Under the pieces are notes generated by a model, which was given only the letters and a program-made list of their open reading frames with translations, ran no database searches and was not told the origin of the DNA. A stretch of DNA of 59,268 nucleotides, filler included, from Porpidia crustulata (lineage: Eukaryota), in NCBI GenBank assembly GCA_964255105.1. It is 10 parts of 10 records of this genome, joined end to end, with 100 filler letters (N's around TTAATTAATTAA, not from the genome) between each part and the next. Parts side by side here need not be neighbours in the genome. Positions count along the whole stretch, not along the records: positions 35,667 to 41,497 come from CAXUWE010001690.1; positions 41,598 to 47,426 come from CAXUWE010001691.1; 8 more parts are not named here. One strand, 5' to 3'. Positions 35,720-47,526 of this stretch are shown in pieces (position 1 is the first letter of the stretch; every line of letters starts with the position of its first letter). A program made the translations under genes and the position numbers.

Positions 35720-38607
35720 ACTTGATCGGCTCAGTGTGTGTCATTGGGGGGTAAGTATGAGTAGGTAGCTGTATCTCTGGCCCATCGTCGCTGATTATGA
35801 GTATCACCCTCAGAACCTCCGTTAGCAGATCTAAGACATCCAGAGATTCATAGGTACATATCAATTGATTGACGCATTACTGCTGCACACGACACCAAGA
35901 CCACCAGATAACCGGAAAATCTCATCATCTCCAAACAAAGACGTCCAGATATATGTATCTACTCACGCCAAGGACCAAATTCACACTATCAAAACCCAAA
36001 GAGGAAACTCTGACATCGCTTTCCATCGCTCTTTTCCCGTAGATTCTTCTAAATGGTACGGTATACGAGTATGCAAAGATGGTGTATCGTTATGTAGATA
36101 CTCCACGGTGTAATCGTGTGGTATGGTTTCTCTGGGTATCAGATACTTGGAATTGCTGTATGATCGGATCTACCGCGTCAAGAGCAGATATATTCCTCTT
36201 CTTCGGGCTTCCCGGCTATATTTCCCAGCCGTTTTCCGCCTACTTCATGTTTCGCCGTTATTGAAATTCGTCTCATGGTCCAGTTGCCTAGTTTTCAGGA
36301 GTCAGCGGTAATATGTTATTCAAGATCGAACGCCAATAAATCTCCATCACACCAAATCTCCCCAAAAAACTTATAAATCGATTCGTGACTAGAGGCGCAA
36401 GTACTCTATACGTAAAAATATGAATAGGCAGACCACCTACATTTTCGACAGCACCGCACCGTACATCTTCCTCAATCGTCTCCAATCATGAAATTAGTCC
36501 AAAGCCATACCTGATCTACCGATCCTATTTTATAGCCCTCCATACCTAGACAATCATCTCCAAGCCCTACGTCCTAACAGATAAAAATTCATTGGTATTA
36601 TAGAGTTCACAACTTCCACTCCAGTACAGATTTCGGAAATCAATATATATAGTGGACTAGCATAGAAACAGATGCGTTCGCATTTTATTCCAACACAAAA
36701 TCAACCCCTTTGATATCGTCTCCAATCAATTTGCCCGCCTCCATTATCGCGTATTACCTCATATTAAATCCAACCCCACATCTTGCCTGATACGTCAAGA
36801 GCGATATTTTTACCCCTGTGACTGCCTTTCCCCGGCAATAGGAAATTCTGCATATCGTGCCTTCCTGACTTGTGACCACGTAGGCTTAAGATTTTGTTGG
36901 ATCTCCCACCGTAGCCATAGAATTCGTACGAATCAGTATTAAAGGTCTGAGTCCGCCTGCGAGTGTTCATCTGCTACGTGTCATAAATTCTCCAAAGCGA
37001 TGCTTCCCTCATCCTCAAACGATGATTCCCGCTGCTGGATCTTTACGTCTCAAGTCTTCCCTCCTAGTGGGTCCCACAAGTCAGAGGCCAAAAGACCGGG
37101 TATTTCTCGATTTTTGTTTCCCTCTTGCTTATTCCTAACGAACAGCTGGATTTCCGGCCTCGCTGCCATAGATGTTGTCTACGTTAGTGTTTTCCAGATT
37201 CGATGTCTTGATACCCATTATCGACTGGCGAGATGATACCTTACACTTATACCACTGCGTCGTTCAGCTACTTCGTGGTTCACTATCTTGTGCCTAGAAA
37301 CGCCGCTGTTTCGGAGCGTTTCGCACAAATTTCCTTTTGTGAGCCGAGAGTAGGATGGATTCATACGAGATGCGAGGAGTTTTGTGGATCAAGGAGGTGG
37401 AATTGGTGGAATTGGATGAAAGGACCAAAAGGGTGGCGTGGTTTGGGAGAGCTAGGGTAGGGGTTGGATGGGAAATGGGAATGAAAGAGAATAGGGGTTG
37501 GAAAAAGGGGATTGAACACGGGGGGATTTATGGATCGACTGTTTTGTCGAGCGGTTTACAACTATGGCAGCTTTTGCTGCTTGAAATGTTCTTGACCCCA
37601 GACTTTGTATATTGTAGAATTTGGAGAAGAAAGAGCATTCGCAAGATCATGAAATTCTTGGCTGAGGTGCAATACACGAAAGAGACAACGACCCATGTGG
37701 GAAATGTTTGAAAGTGTTCACTGAAGAGAAATATCAGATGTCTATCAGACGTTGGTCAAGTTTCTGGTTCACCCACATTAGCGCGATCTAGGATACACCG
37801 ATAGAAATCACTTACGCGTTGGGACTGAAGCAGACAAGAGGTATTCACAATCTGCAGTTTGTTCTGCCATATCACTAGTGAAAGTGAATCAAACTCTTAA
37901 CACTCAAGGTGTAGGAATCCAATGACCAGTACCGCTGGATCAAGTCTTTCGAAGGATCAGATAGTGTTCAACAAAGGGTTTGTTTACGAGTAAACAATGG
38001 AAACGCCGGTAATCTAGAATCGGTCATGTTTGGGAGAGGGTGCGCGGAGCTTCACGGGTGTGACTTGTTGTTCGGCGTTGTTGAATGTCCTGACTTGGTG
38101 TAGTTCGGAGGGTTTTAATTTGTTAGGGTGAAGCGCGGAGATCTGTAAAGCGATGATGATGTTGATTTCAAGGCCAAGGTTTGAACTTTAGGGGTAATTG
38201 AGGTTTCTCTGTGCTCGAAAATTGGCTGATTATCTGATATTTGTAAACTGAGAGAAGCTGCGGTCATGATGATAGGACTTTAAGCCCGCGAATTGATTCA
38301 AAGAGCCGATGCCTTGAACATGCTATGGCTCGATGTCGTGATGTTTTTGCGGAGATGCTATGCCTAATGTGGGTATTCAACCACCAATATTCTCATCATC
38401 CGCATGGGCCGGCTGTGTATATATTGCCAACCCCCCCCCTTCAACTATCTTTTTCTTTTCCTCATGAAATCCAGTAGATCCTAGAATTACTGTATGTCAT
38501 AGCTGTTGTAAAATTTGACAAGTCTTTCTGTATACACCAGCGCTTTAGATCACACTCACCTTACTCACCTCAATTACTTCCCTCTGTGTTAACAGACTTG
38601 CTCTGCA

Positions 38608-40143
38608 ATGTCTCAACCCAGGGTAGCAGTTTCTATGACCGACCGTGCGGCAGCTCGTCTGTCTCGCGATCGTCCTTGGGCCAAGTCACAGCCCACCTCT
38701 GCAGCAAACCGGAGCCGACCGGTCCTGCCCTCTCAGTCATCTCCTTCGTCGGTCCAGCCACAGCCAGCACGAGCAGCAAACCGGAGCCGACCGGTCCTAT
38801 CCTCTCGATTCTCAGCATCGTCGACCAAGACACAGTCGACCTCAGCAGTAAACCGGAGCCGACCGGTCCTGCAAACACCTCCGATAGTGGAACTAACCCC
38901 CAAAGCTCTCGAGGACGCCAAAGCAAAGGATGTCAGCAAACGGGCGCAAGAGATTTGCCAATACGCCGCTACTCTGAAGGCCGAACGCGAGGCTCGCCTC
39001 GCTGCCGCCAACCAACCCTTCTCAGCAGTGATGAGCGAAGTGAACCGCGTCCGCGCTCGAGTTGCAGCATACCAGGCGCGCAAGGAAGAACGCAATCCTG
39101 TGCCTAAAGAGAGTCGCCAGCAAGGTGAGTGACTCATGGCTTCCATATTCCAGTAGCTAATCATTTACATCCACAGTCATCAAGCCAGTCGTCTCATCAA
39201 GGGGTCCTTCGCCAACCACACTCCTTATTGAGAGCCTAAACTGGGATAAGCTTGCTACTCCTTCAGTCATCAAGCCAGTCGTCCCATCAAGGAGCCCTTC
39301 GCCAACGACACTCCTTATTGAGAGCCTGAACTGGGATAAGTTTGTTGCTCCTTCAGCCACCAACCCGGCTCCTCAGCAGCCAGTCACACCGCCGACGCCA
39401 TCAGCTCCTAAGGCTTCCAGAGTCCGCGACGTCACTGTACAGCCCATCGGCTTCGCTGCCTTCTCAAAGCCCGAGGGTCCACCCTCCCAGCTCAAGGGGA
39501 TCCTCCAAAAGGCCAGCAAGCGCGATAGCATAGCAAAGCGAGTTACTTTCACCAAGGATACGCCCATCCCGCTCAAGGGAATCCTTCGACAGCCTCGCAG
39601 CAAGCCTCATGGAACGGTCAAGACTGTGGCCTTTGCCGAGGAGATCAGCTTTCACCCACACGAGAAATGGATAGGTATATGGCAGGTCAGTCTGAATGGC
39701 AACCCCAGTTCCTCGAGTGGTCCAGCTCACATGCATCACAGGGAACCGAATCAGCCGATCAGTTGTTCACACCTGAGGGACGCCGCCTCTTCGGCACCAG
39801 CCTGCACGTCGACATTGACCCAACTCGGATCGCCGGCAGGCTACGTGGCTGGGAACCAGTCAAAGGCCACGAGAACAGGTACAGCTACCACTGGGGCATG
39901 GGCTGGCGCTGGCACACGGAATGCGAAAGGGACCCACAGCCGGGCATGATGTGCACCAGATGGCAAATGCAAGAGGCAAGAGGAGGCCATCAGCCAGATC
40001 TCCGGGGCCACCTTCTCAAGCCAATGCATTATCGACCCAACAAGTCTGACTGCCTTCCTAGGACCGTGACAATCCCAGGCAACCCAAAGCAGGTCACACG
40101 CAGTATGTCGCTCAAGGAATACCAGCAACTTCTCCGTCCATGA
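38608..40143 (+). CDS. Orphan repeat-rich basic protein, 3 exons (38608-39124, 39177-39685, 39742-40143), about 475 aa; C-terminus uncertain
   Basis: Introns GTGAGT..GCTAAT..CAG and GTCAGT..GCTCAC..CAG join three frames into one open frame; internal repeats have lengths divisible by 3. Confidence 0.75.
38701..38870 (+). repeat. Three copies of a 72-bp-period coding repeat (A-[AV]-NRSRPVL)
   Basis: GCAGYAAACCGGAGCCGACCGGTCCT at 38701, 38773 and 38845. Confidence 0.92.
39174..39356 (+). repeat. 90-bp tandem duplication (VIKPVV..PSPTTLLIESLNWDK..PS x2)
   Basis: Units start CAGTCATCAAGCCAGTCGTC at 39174 and 39264. Confidence 0.95.
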
Positions 40144-41445
40144 GTCCTAGTCCTTGGCCAGCCACATTCTTCTTCCGATAGACAATCAAACACACCGCGA
40201 GATTCTTGGGCAAGGAATCTTGGCGCGGCAGCAACAATCGGAAGCATCCACCATTTATTTGACACGTCGGCCTTGCCCATCGGCGATGTTCATACTTTCA
40301 TTAACCATAGCGAGCCCAGCTCCACCAAAAACATTTGAAAATGCTAACGAGAGCCTAGCTCCACCAAAAAAAACCATCACCATATTACGTCAACTATGCG
40401 CAGTTGCATTTCTCGGAGTGTCTTTACTAATTTTTGAGGAGCCTGCTGACGATTTCTAGTTTGCGGAAGGGGATATATGGGGGAGTTGGCCAAGGCCACA
40501 GGTGGCACTAATTCGGCGGTAAGTGCCCTCATACTTGGATATTTACTGATTCGTTGTACAGGTCAGTAGGCGGTACTTGGTCAAGAATTGGAAGGGGAAA
40601 GAAGTGGAGTCTAGCAGTCGGCAGTGAGCAAGAGGTGGGCATCTTTGCTTCCAGTATATCTGGGGCACAGAAGCCCATTCAGCCTCTCTGAATTGGATTT
40701 TGGTAGGAGTAAATCTGACGCTCTCGTGCTCGATCGTAAGTGACGGAGTTCAAGCCGCTTCTTTTCCAAATCTATAGATGGCTTATAGATGATGTTGAAT
40801 GACACTCGAGCATCGTACTTCGGGCAACGCCGCCAGCCAATGAACGAGTCAAGACGAGTTATTTTGGTCTCAGGTGCTTTTCGTGCAATCTGTTCCAAAT
40901 GAGATTTTGACGTCTACAATGTCCTTTAATGCCCATAGCAGAGTACCAAATTCGAGGTATCTCGAACCGGATACTTGTCAGAACATGCAGCAGGCGTCGT
41001 ATATATTTTCGATGCATGTGCAGCGACATCTAAAGTCTATGCATAGAAATACAGACTTCCCATGTAAATTAGATTCGTACTCTTATTAATTGTGAAAGGC
41101 ATCATTTTCCCTTGTGTTACGTCGCTCTCCTGTAGATGTTAGGGTGTTTGTCGTCTTCTATGATGGCCGGTGTGCTGGAGCTCTTCTAATATATTTTCAA
41201 ATTTTTCTAGATGTCAGATTGGTAGTACCCAGTCGCCGAATATGAGCATACCATCGAAAGATTAGCTATCTTAGGTACTTCGTCTAGGAAATGATGGAAT
41301 CCGCTCGCTAGATAAATGAAATCGCTTGATTATGAGAGTAGAAAATGTGTTCATGGACTGAATCTCTCCGCAAGATAGTTCTCGAACATCATTTTGATGT
41401 CAGATTTAAGTTGGGCAACGCAGGTCTCTAAGCGAAATGATACTC

Positions 41446-41497
41446 TACTCGTACTCACCCCTAGTTCGATTACACCCCTAGTTCGAAAACCCTAAGC
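41446..41497 (+). mobile_element. Probable terminal repeat of a second DNA transposon
   Basis: TA|CTCGTACT followed by CACCCCTAGTTCGA twice (41456, 41473; period 17), running into the contig break. Confidence 0.5.
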
Positions 41498-42399
41498 NNN
41501 NNNNNNNNNNNNNNNNNNNNNNNNNNNNNNNNNNNNNNNNNTTAATTAATTAANNNNNNNNNNNNNNNNNNNNNNNNNNNNNNNNNNNNNNNNNNNNCCC
41601 TTATGTAACCCTCAACATCTTTCACCCGCATCTCGAACCGACCCAGCCATCACGCCTACGAAATCGTAGCTTTCAATTTTCACATTTCGTCATCAGCTAT
41701 ATTTAACTCACTATCCGTCACAGCCTTACTGTAACTTCCATCCAATTCCTCATCTACCCGTTTTCCCTACTCCATTGTTCCTTCACGCCGTGTAGAATGA
41801 TTCATTAGGCTTTCTGTTCGGTTTTGCCTGCGACGACGAGCTGTGGGGAAGGTAGGTAGGCACGGGTGGGGTTGTTATTGCTGTAGGTGTAAAGAGGCGG
41901 CTCAACTGAGGTGCTTACTGGCATGGTCAAGGTGGGGCGCGGATGATGAGGGGAGGTATGGATCTGGATGAGGCGACATTGCGATTCGGGGGTGAGACAG
42001 AGGGTGAAAGAGATGGTGGAAAAGAATGGCTTTGGGTATTGGACGAAGGCGGAGCCTTGAGGGCAAGAAGACCTGGGAGCGGTCCATTAGGAGCGTATCT
42101 GGACGGCCCTAGTGAGATGTCGCGCATGAACTGTATACTGCCTTGGAAACGGGCAGGGAAGTGAACAAGACAAGATGCAAATATCTAGAATCTTCCTAGA
42201 ACTAGGGAAAACCCTAATGTCTTACCATACCCCACGTATCTTTGCCTGGGCCGTTGATCTATACATTGGCGTAAACCCAATTTGCAAAATACCTGAGAAA
42301 GGCAATCGTGCTCGCAATTTACATTGTGAAAATTGTATCCATCTATACAGTCGTATCCTCCCGAATGACCCCAAAACTCTCACCGAGAGACCTGTACCC

Positions 42400-43613
42400 T
42401 TACTCATCCATCACCTTATCATCTGGATACGAATCCTCGTAATCCTTCCGCCCAAGAATCATCTTCTCCAAATTCAATCTCGCACTCCACCTCACATTCT
42501 GCGTGTGCCCTTTCTCATGCTTCTCCCCCCCATACTCCTGAATATCGCTCGCCTTGTTTGCATTCCCGGCCGGGCGGTGGTGGAAGAAGTACGTTGGCTG
42601 CGCGCTGATACACGCCGCGTCCTGCGAATGGTCGGTACACCACCAACTCAGCGCGTTGTCGAAGATGCCGCGCAGCCCTTTGACCGAGAGGCCGTACAGC
42701 AGTTTCCGGGCCCCCTGGTTGCTGACTGCGTAGGCGAAACTGCAGATGGGTGCGCCGGCCATGTGAATCAGGCGTGAGTGTTCACCGTGTTCCTTCAGGT
42801 GCTGTTCGTTGTTGGAGACGCGGAGGTTAGCAAAGTTGGGTACGCTCGGGTCGTCGAATATGGTAAAGATCCGGTCGTCGTCTTTGGGGAGCCCGTCAAC
42901 GCAGAGACCAAGCCATAGGACGTCCCAGTTGTCACCATATGGGGAGTGAATCTTGGCGGAACCGGTGGCGTTGAGTAGGTATCGGCTGCCCACAGCGAAT
43001 TCTTCCAGTTGGGTCTTCAGTCGGATGTCCCAATCGACGTCGTCTTCAAGGATTAGGGCTGATGAGAGACCCTTTTCCACAACTCTGGATTGTAGCAAGT
43101 TTGTTAGTGCATTTGTAGATCTACGAGGGAGCCAGGAGCCAACGTACGTTCTGATAGCATTCATATGGCTCCTCCATGATCCGATTTGCGCCTCGGTCAA
43201 TTTCCTCTCCTCTTGTAGGATAGGTAAAGCTTTAGTCGGAACATCTTCTCCTTTGATGCCGTCAAGATACGATATTTCTATTCCGGAAAGCGAAGCAGCG
43301 AGTGACAATGCATCTCGCTTATCAGACCGCTCAGGCAGATTTAATGCAAATATTTGCTGAAACTATCCGTTGTACGTTAGTCCTTAAACGAGAATTGCAT
43401 TCATCTCAATTAACCTACACCCAATGTTTCATTTCTGATTGGAACATGTACATGCGTATCATCATAATTCCAGAGGAATTCCGAAGTATCTGGAACTCGG
43501 ATTATTCCGTCCGCAAAGTTCAGCCAGATGAATGGTACTAGAACGAACATAAGAAGAGCAGTAATCATACGTGTCTTGAACTTCAAGACAGTCATGACGA
43601 GCAAAATCGACAT
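42400..43613 (-). CDS. GT25-like fungal glycosyltransferase, 3 exons (43613-43419, 43362-43148, 43084-42400), about 364 aa
   Basis: Type II anchor; NETLGFQQIFALNLPERSDKRD; GSWRSHMNAI; ALILEDDVDWD; SPYGDNWDVLWLG; CSFAYAVS..GARKLL. Confidence 0.9.
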
Positions 43614-45516
43614 TGTAAAGGAGAGGAATCTGTCACTCAAAGCGAACGATTTGAATATACCCGATTTACAAATGTGATTGATATGCGGCTGTTAAATTCG
43701 CTTGAACCAGTGCTGGCTCAAGTATGAATTGGATCCTGCAGATATTTCAAGAAGACTAGAGCTCTCGTCCAATGGAAACTCAGTCCACTGATCAAAAGAA
43801 AATAAGAATGAGACTTGGGCCATCTGTCATGAGCAAGTTTTTCCGGAGTCCAAGAGCCGTAGTATGCCCACAAATCCCAGATAGGGAAAGCGCAGACAGC
43901 AAGACCTTAGAACAAAATTCCCACTCGATATTGACGGTGTGCAGCAACGCCTTGTGTGCGTTGAATCATTCGATCCACATTCATCAGCGGCGTGTCGACT
44001 TCACATAACCTTCTGGATTATCTAGACATGGATTAAGTGTCATGTCGTTCCACTGCATTCACGTAAGTGTCTTTGGACAGCAGCCTGATGTAGCCTTGAA
44101 TACTTGTACGATTTTATGGAACATTGGGGATGGCGTGTTTCTCATCCTTTCTAGTTGGACCAGATCACGCATCTGGCCGCTTCCGAGACAATCTTGTTTC
44201 TGCACCGGGCATGATGGGATGCCATCTCAGCTTATGACCATGCAGATTGTGTGGGAGCCTTCATTATAGCTACGTGGTACTTTCCACATAATTGCGGGAT
44301 AGCAAAATAGCTCACCGCGAGTCAGCGACGATAAGTAGCCGCAAGACAACTTCGCCTTGCCTGGGCTTGCCTTAGCTGAATGTGCACATTAGGGGCATAT
44401 CTCACACTCGGCAAAATGGATGGTTGAGCATGATGTTCGATGTGCAGTGGTACCCTTAGAGAAATATAAAACTTATTCGATCCATCGCATCACTGCCTGC
44501 CGGCAATTTTACTATTCCAGGAGGTGGCTCAGGAGCCATTGGAAAATCTGGAGCTCAATGGCTCGTCTTAGAAGGAGCTGAGAATCATGTTTGAGTTACA
44601 CAAAGCGCGGGCTGCCAGCTCAACTTGCAGCCAATCATGATACTGTGTTTTATAGCATAGCGGATTTCGTGACTTTGGTGGGTGCAACGGCCAATATTGC
44701 ACATAATCAATCCCAGGGCGAGGAGAAACTCGATTACTTATGACTTGTGCCATGCATTCCCGGTCCCATCGATCTCATTGGTTAAGGCTGAAGGGGTTAA
44801 CGAACTCTTCTAGAAATCTGCCAGCGAGCATTCAAAATTGTCGCAGCATGAGTGGCGGTTTAACTTGAATAGAGTTGTTGTAGTAGAACCTAAGGTGGAG
44901 ATTCGCAAACTTTGCATAGAGGTAATAAAGACAGTCTGAGTGTCATTGCAACTGCTTCGAGCCACATCGCTGTATCTCTGGACGTGTTGAAAGTACGAAA
45001 ATACTTGACAATATCTCATCTGCTATAGGAAAGATGTAACTTTCTAGAGCAGGGGATTCTACGGCTCAATGTTCATACACATTGACACACGGGGGTGTAC
45101 TGTACTTAGGGTGTCAGGCTAGTTTTTAATGTCTGGGACACTCACTCGTATCAATTAACTGCTGTTCTAGTGTCTGTCATAACAACAATGCATTATGAAA
45201 CGTTGAAATCAGTTGCGACTGAAAGCTGTAGATCATGTTTATTACTCATAATTACATTACAAAGGAAGTCGTTGTTGTGCGCTCACAATATTTTTCTTTC
45301 GCTATCATCGCGCATGCTTGGCTGATCTTTTTGATCATAATTGAGAATCCGCTAGGCTAAAAATCGCCTAAGTGTCCGGACATCAAAAACTAGCCTGAGT
45401 AGGAAGAAGTACTACCATAGATCGGTCCACTAATTAGGTAGACGGAAAGATAGTAGTAAACAAAACATCAGGCCGACCCAAGTTATCCCACTTTACTCGA
45501 ATATCGCTACTTAGCA

Positions 45517-46393
45517 ATGGCCCAGAAAAAGCCAGGAGACTGGGAGATGGCTTCCCGCAAGAAAGCCCCGTCTCCAATCGGCACCGCTATCTTCGTCGGC
45601 CTGCGCTCCGCCGACGTCGCCCTACAATACAGCATCTTCCAGAGAGGATGGGGCGCAAGCGTTATTGAAGCGCTGGGTGGCCGAGCCATCCAAGCTTCCA
45701 CAATCGCGGGTAGCGGCGTCCTCGGCCTCACGCCCTACGCCACCATCATATCTACTATGGCTCTAGGCAGCACGGTCAAGCAGCTTGTGAATCTCCTCTA
45801 CATCTCGGAGCAGGAGATGCTACCCCCCGCCGCGGCCCTCATCTGTGCGCTCAACACGGTACTCAATTCTGCGAATACTTTGCTATCCCTGTGGGTTGTC
45901 AGCTCTGCCGCCCCGGCCCTGGTATCGCCATCCGCATCCATCCTCGACGTCGTGACGTCTTCGCCGACCGTGGCTGTTGGTGTGGGTTTGTATACTGTTG
46001 GGATTATTACCGAGCTGTTCTCCGAGCTGCAACGCAAGGTATTCAAGGATAAAGCGGCGAACAAAGGGAAACCCTATGGTGGAGGATTGTGGTCGTTGGC
46101 CACGAATATCAACTACGGTGGTTATACGTTATGGCGAGCTGGGTACGCGATGGCCGCTGCTGGCCCGGTATGGGGTCTCGCCATTGGGGCTTTCTTTTTC
46201 TACGATTTCACTTCGAGGGCAATACCTGTCTTGGACAATTACTGCACAGACAAGGTGGGCCTTTTCAATTTGCAGCCCCTAGCCTTGAAGAAGAACATTA
46301 CTGACCAATGAACTTGCAAATGAACAGTATGGCGACTCATGGCTGGAGATCAAGAAGCGAGTACCTTATCGACTTCTTCCAGGGATCTACTAA
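45517..46393 (+). CDS. DUF1295 / steroid 5-alpha-reductase C-terminal-like membrane protein, 2 exons (45517-46254, 46328-46393), 267 aa
   Basis: Several TM segments; ELFSELQRKVFK..NKGKPYGGGLWSLATNINYGGYTLWR; spliced C-terminus KYGDSWLEIKKRVPYRLLPGIY. Confidence 0.85.
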
Positions 46394-47526
46394 TTCGTGA
46401 TATATGTCATTACTTGATATAGCATTGGGAGGCACAGGGAGTCATAGTCAGCCGTCATCTATTGCAATCATTTCTAAATTGTGCAACTATACACCCGAAC
46501 AATCATGTTTATTCATAATTTCCTTATCGAATCTTCTTAGTGACATCTTCACATACTATCTAATATCAATTCTGTGACGTTGGTACACCACGCAGTCATA
46601 TGGCTTTTAATTCCCTCGTGACCAGAGATCCGCAGGCAATCTAGCGACATCATGCCTCTTCAGGTTAAGCTAACACGAGTCCCGCGATATACTTGAAGAT
46701 CTGGCTACAGAAATCTTGGATCTCAGCGATCCTGATCGAAGAGAACTGTCGGTAGGAAGGTACAATTATCAGATTTCAATAACGTATTATAGATCAAGGG
46801 CAATCGAGTTACATGTCGGGACCTCTCGACCGGAAAGTAAAAGTAGATACACAGAACCTCGTATCAGAAAAAAGCATTAACAGTGCTCCCAGATCGCACA
46901 GCACATAGTCCGTCCATTGTGATTTGGAAGGGAATTCTGCCCTGGAGATCTCTACACCTCACCATTAGTCCGACGGCCCAAATCATCGAAGGCTTGCGAA
47001 TCATGTTTGATCTCTTCAAAGGCACAAGATGATATGGTTAGGAGAAAGTCAGAGGGGGTTTGGAATGGACCAATGGCGAGATCAGTTTATATACATTGAA
47101 GATTGTCAACGTTTGGAGACAGTACACGCGAAATCCTGGTTCCTCGACGATTTGACGCTTGCAGTTCAGTCTTTAGCCAAGCCTGTAGGGCGTGATGTTT
47201 CGCCATTTAGAGTAGAAATTCTGGGAACTACATCAAGCTCTGCACCAGTCCTACTCACCCTTCATCGCCAACTTACCTTTCTCACCTTGACTTCACTCCT
47301 TTCCAATCGTCGTAGCCAACCCTTCAAGGCCCAATTTGGTGGTCCCAGGCCCTCCGACCGCGGGCACGAAACGAGGCCCATCCCTTTCCGTCACAGCAAC
47401 CCTGAAAGCCCCCCTCGGCCCCACATNNNNNNNNNNNNNNNNNNNNNNNNNNNNNNNNNNNNNNNNNNNNTTAATTAATTAANNNNNNNNNNNNNNNNNN
47501 NNNNNNNNNNNNNNNNNNNNNNNNNN

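Noticed and set aside
35865..37711. Possible transposase or pseudogene remnant next to the TIR
   Set aside because: The TIR points out of the contig, and I found no DDE, HTH or RT motifs in these ORFs.
42175..42777. 200-aa plus-strand ORF, and similar antisense ORFs at 27165-27761 and within KRE33
   Set aside because: Shadow ORFs opposite real genes with biased codon usage.
46600..47426. Possible degenerate F-box-like gene (PEIRRQ-like remnant and 47029 ORF)
   Set aside because: Needs several frameshifts to reconstruct and is truncated by the contig end; too weak to call.
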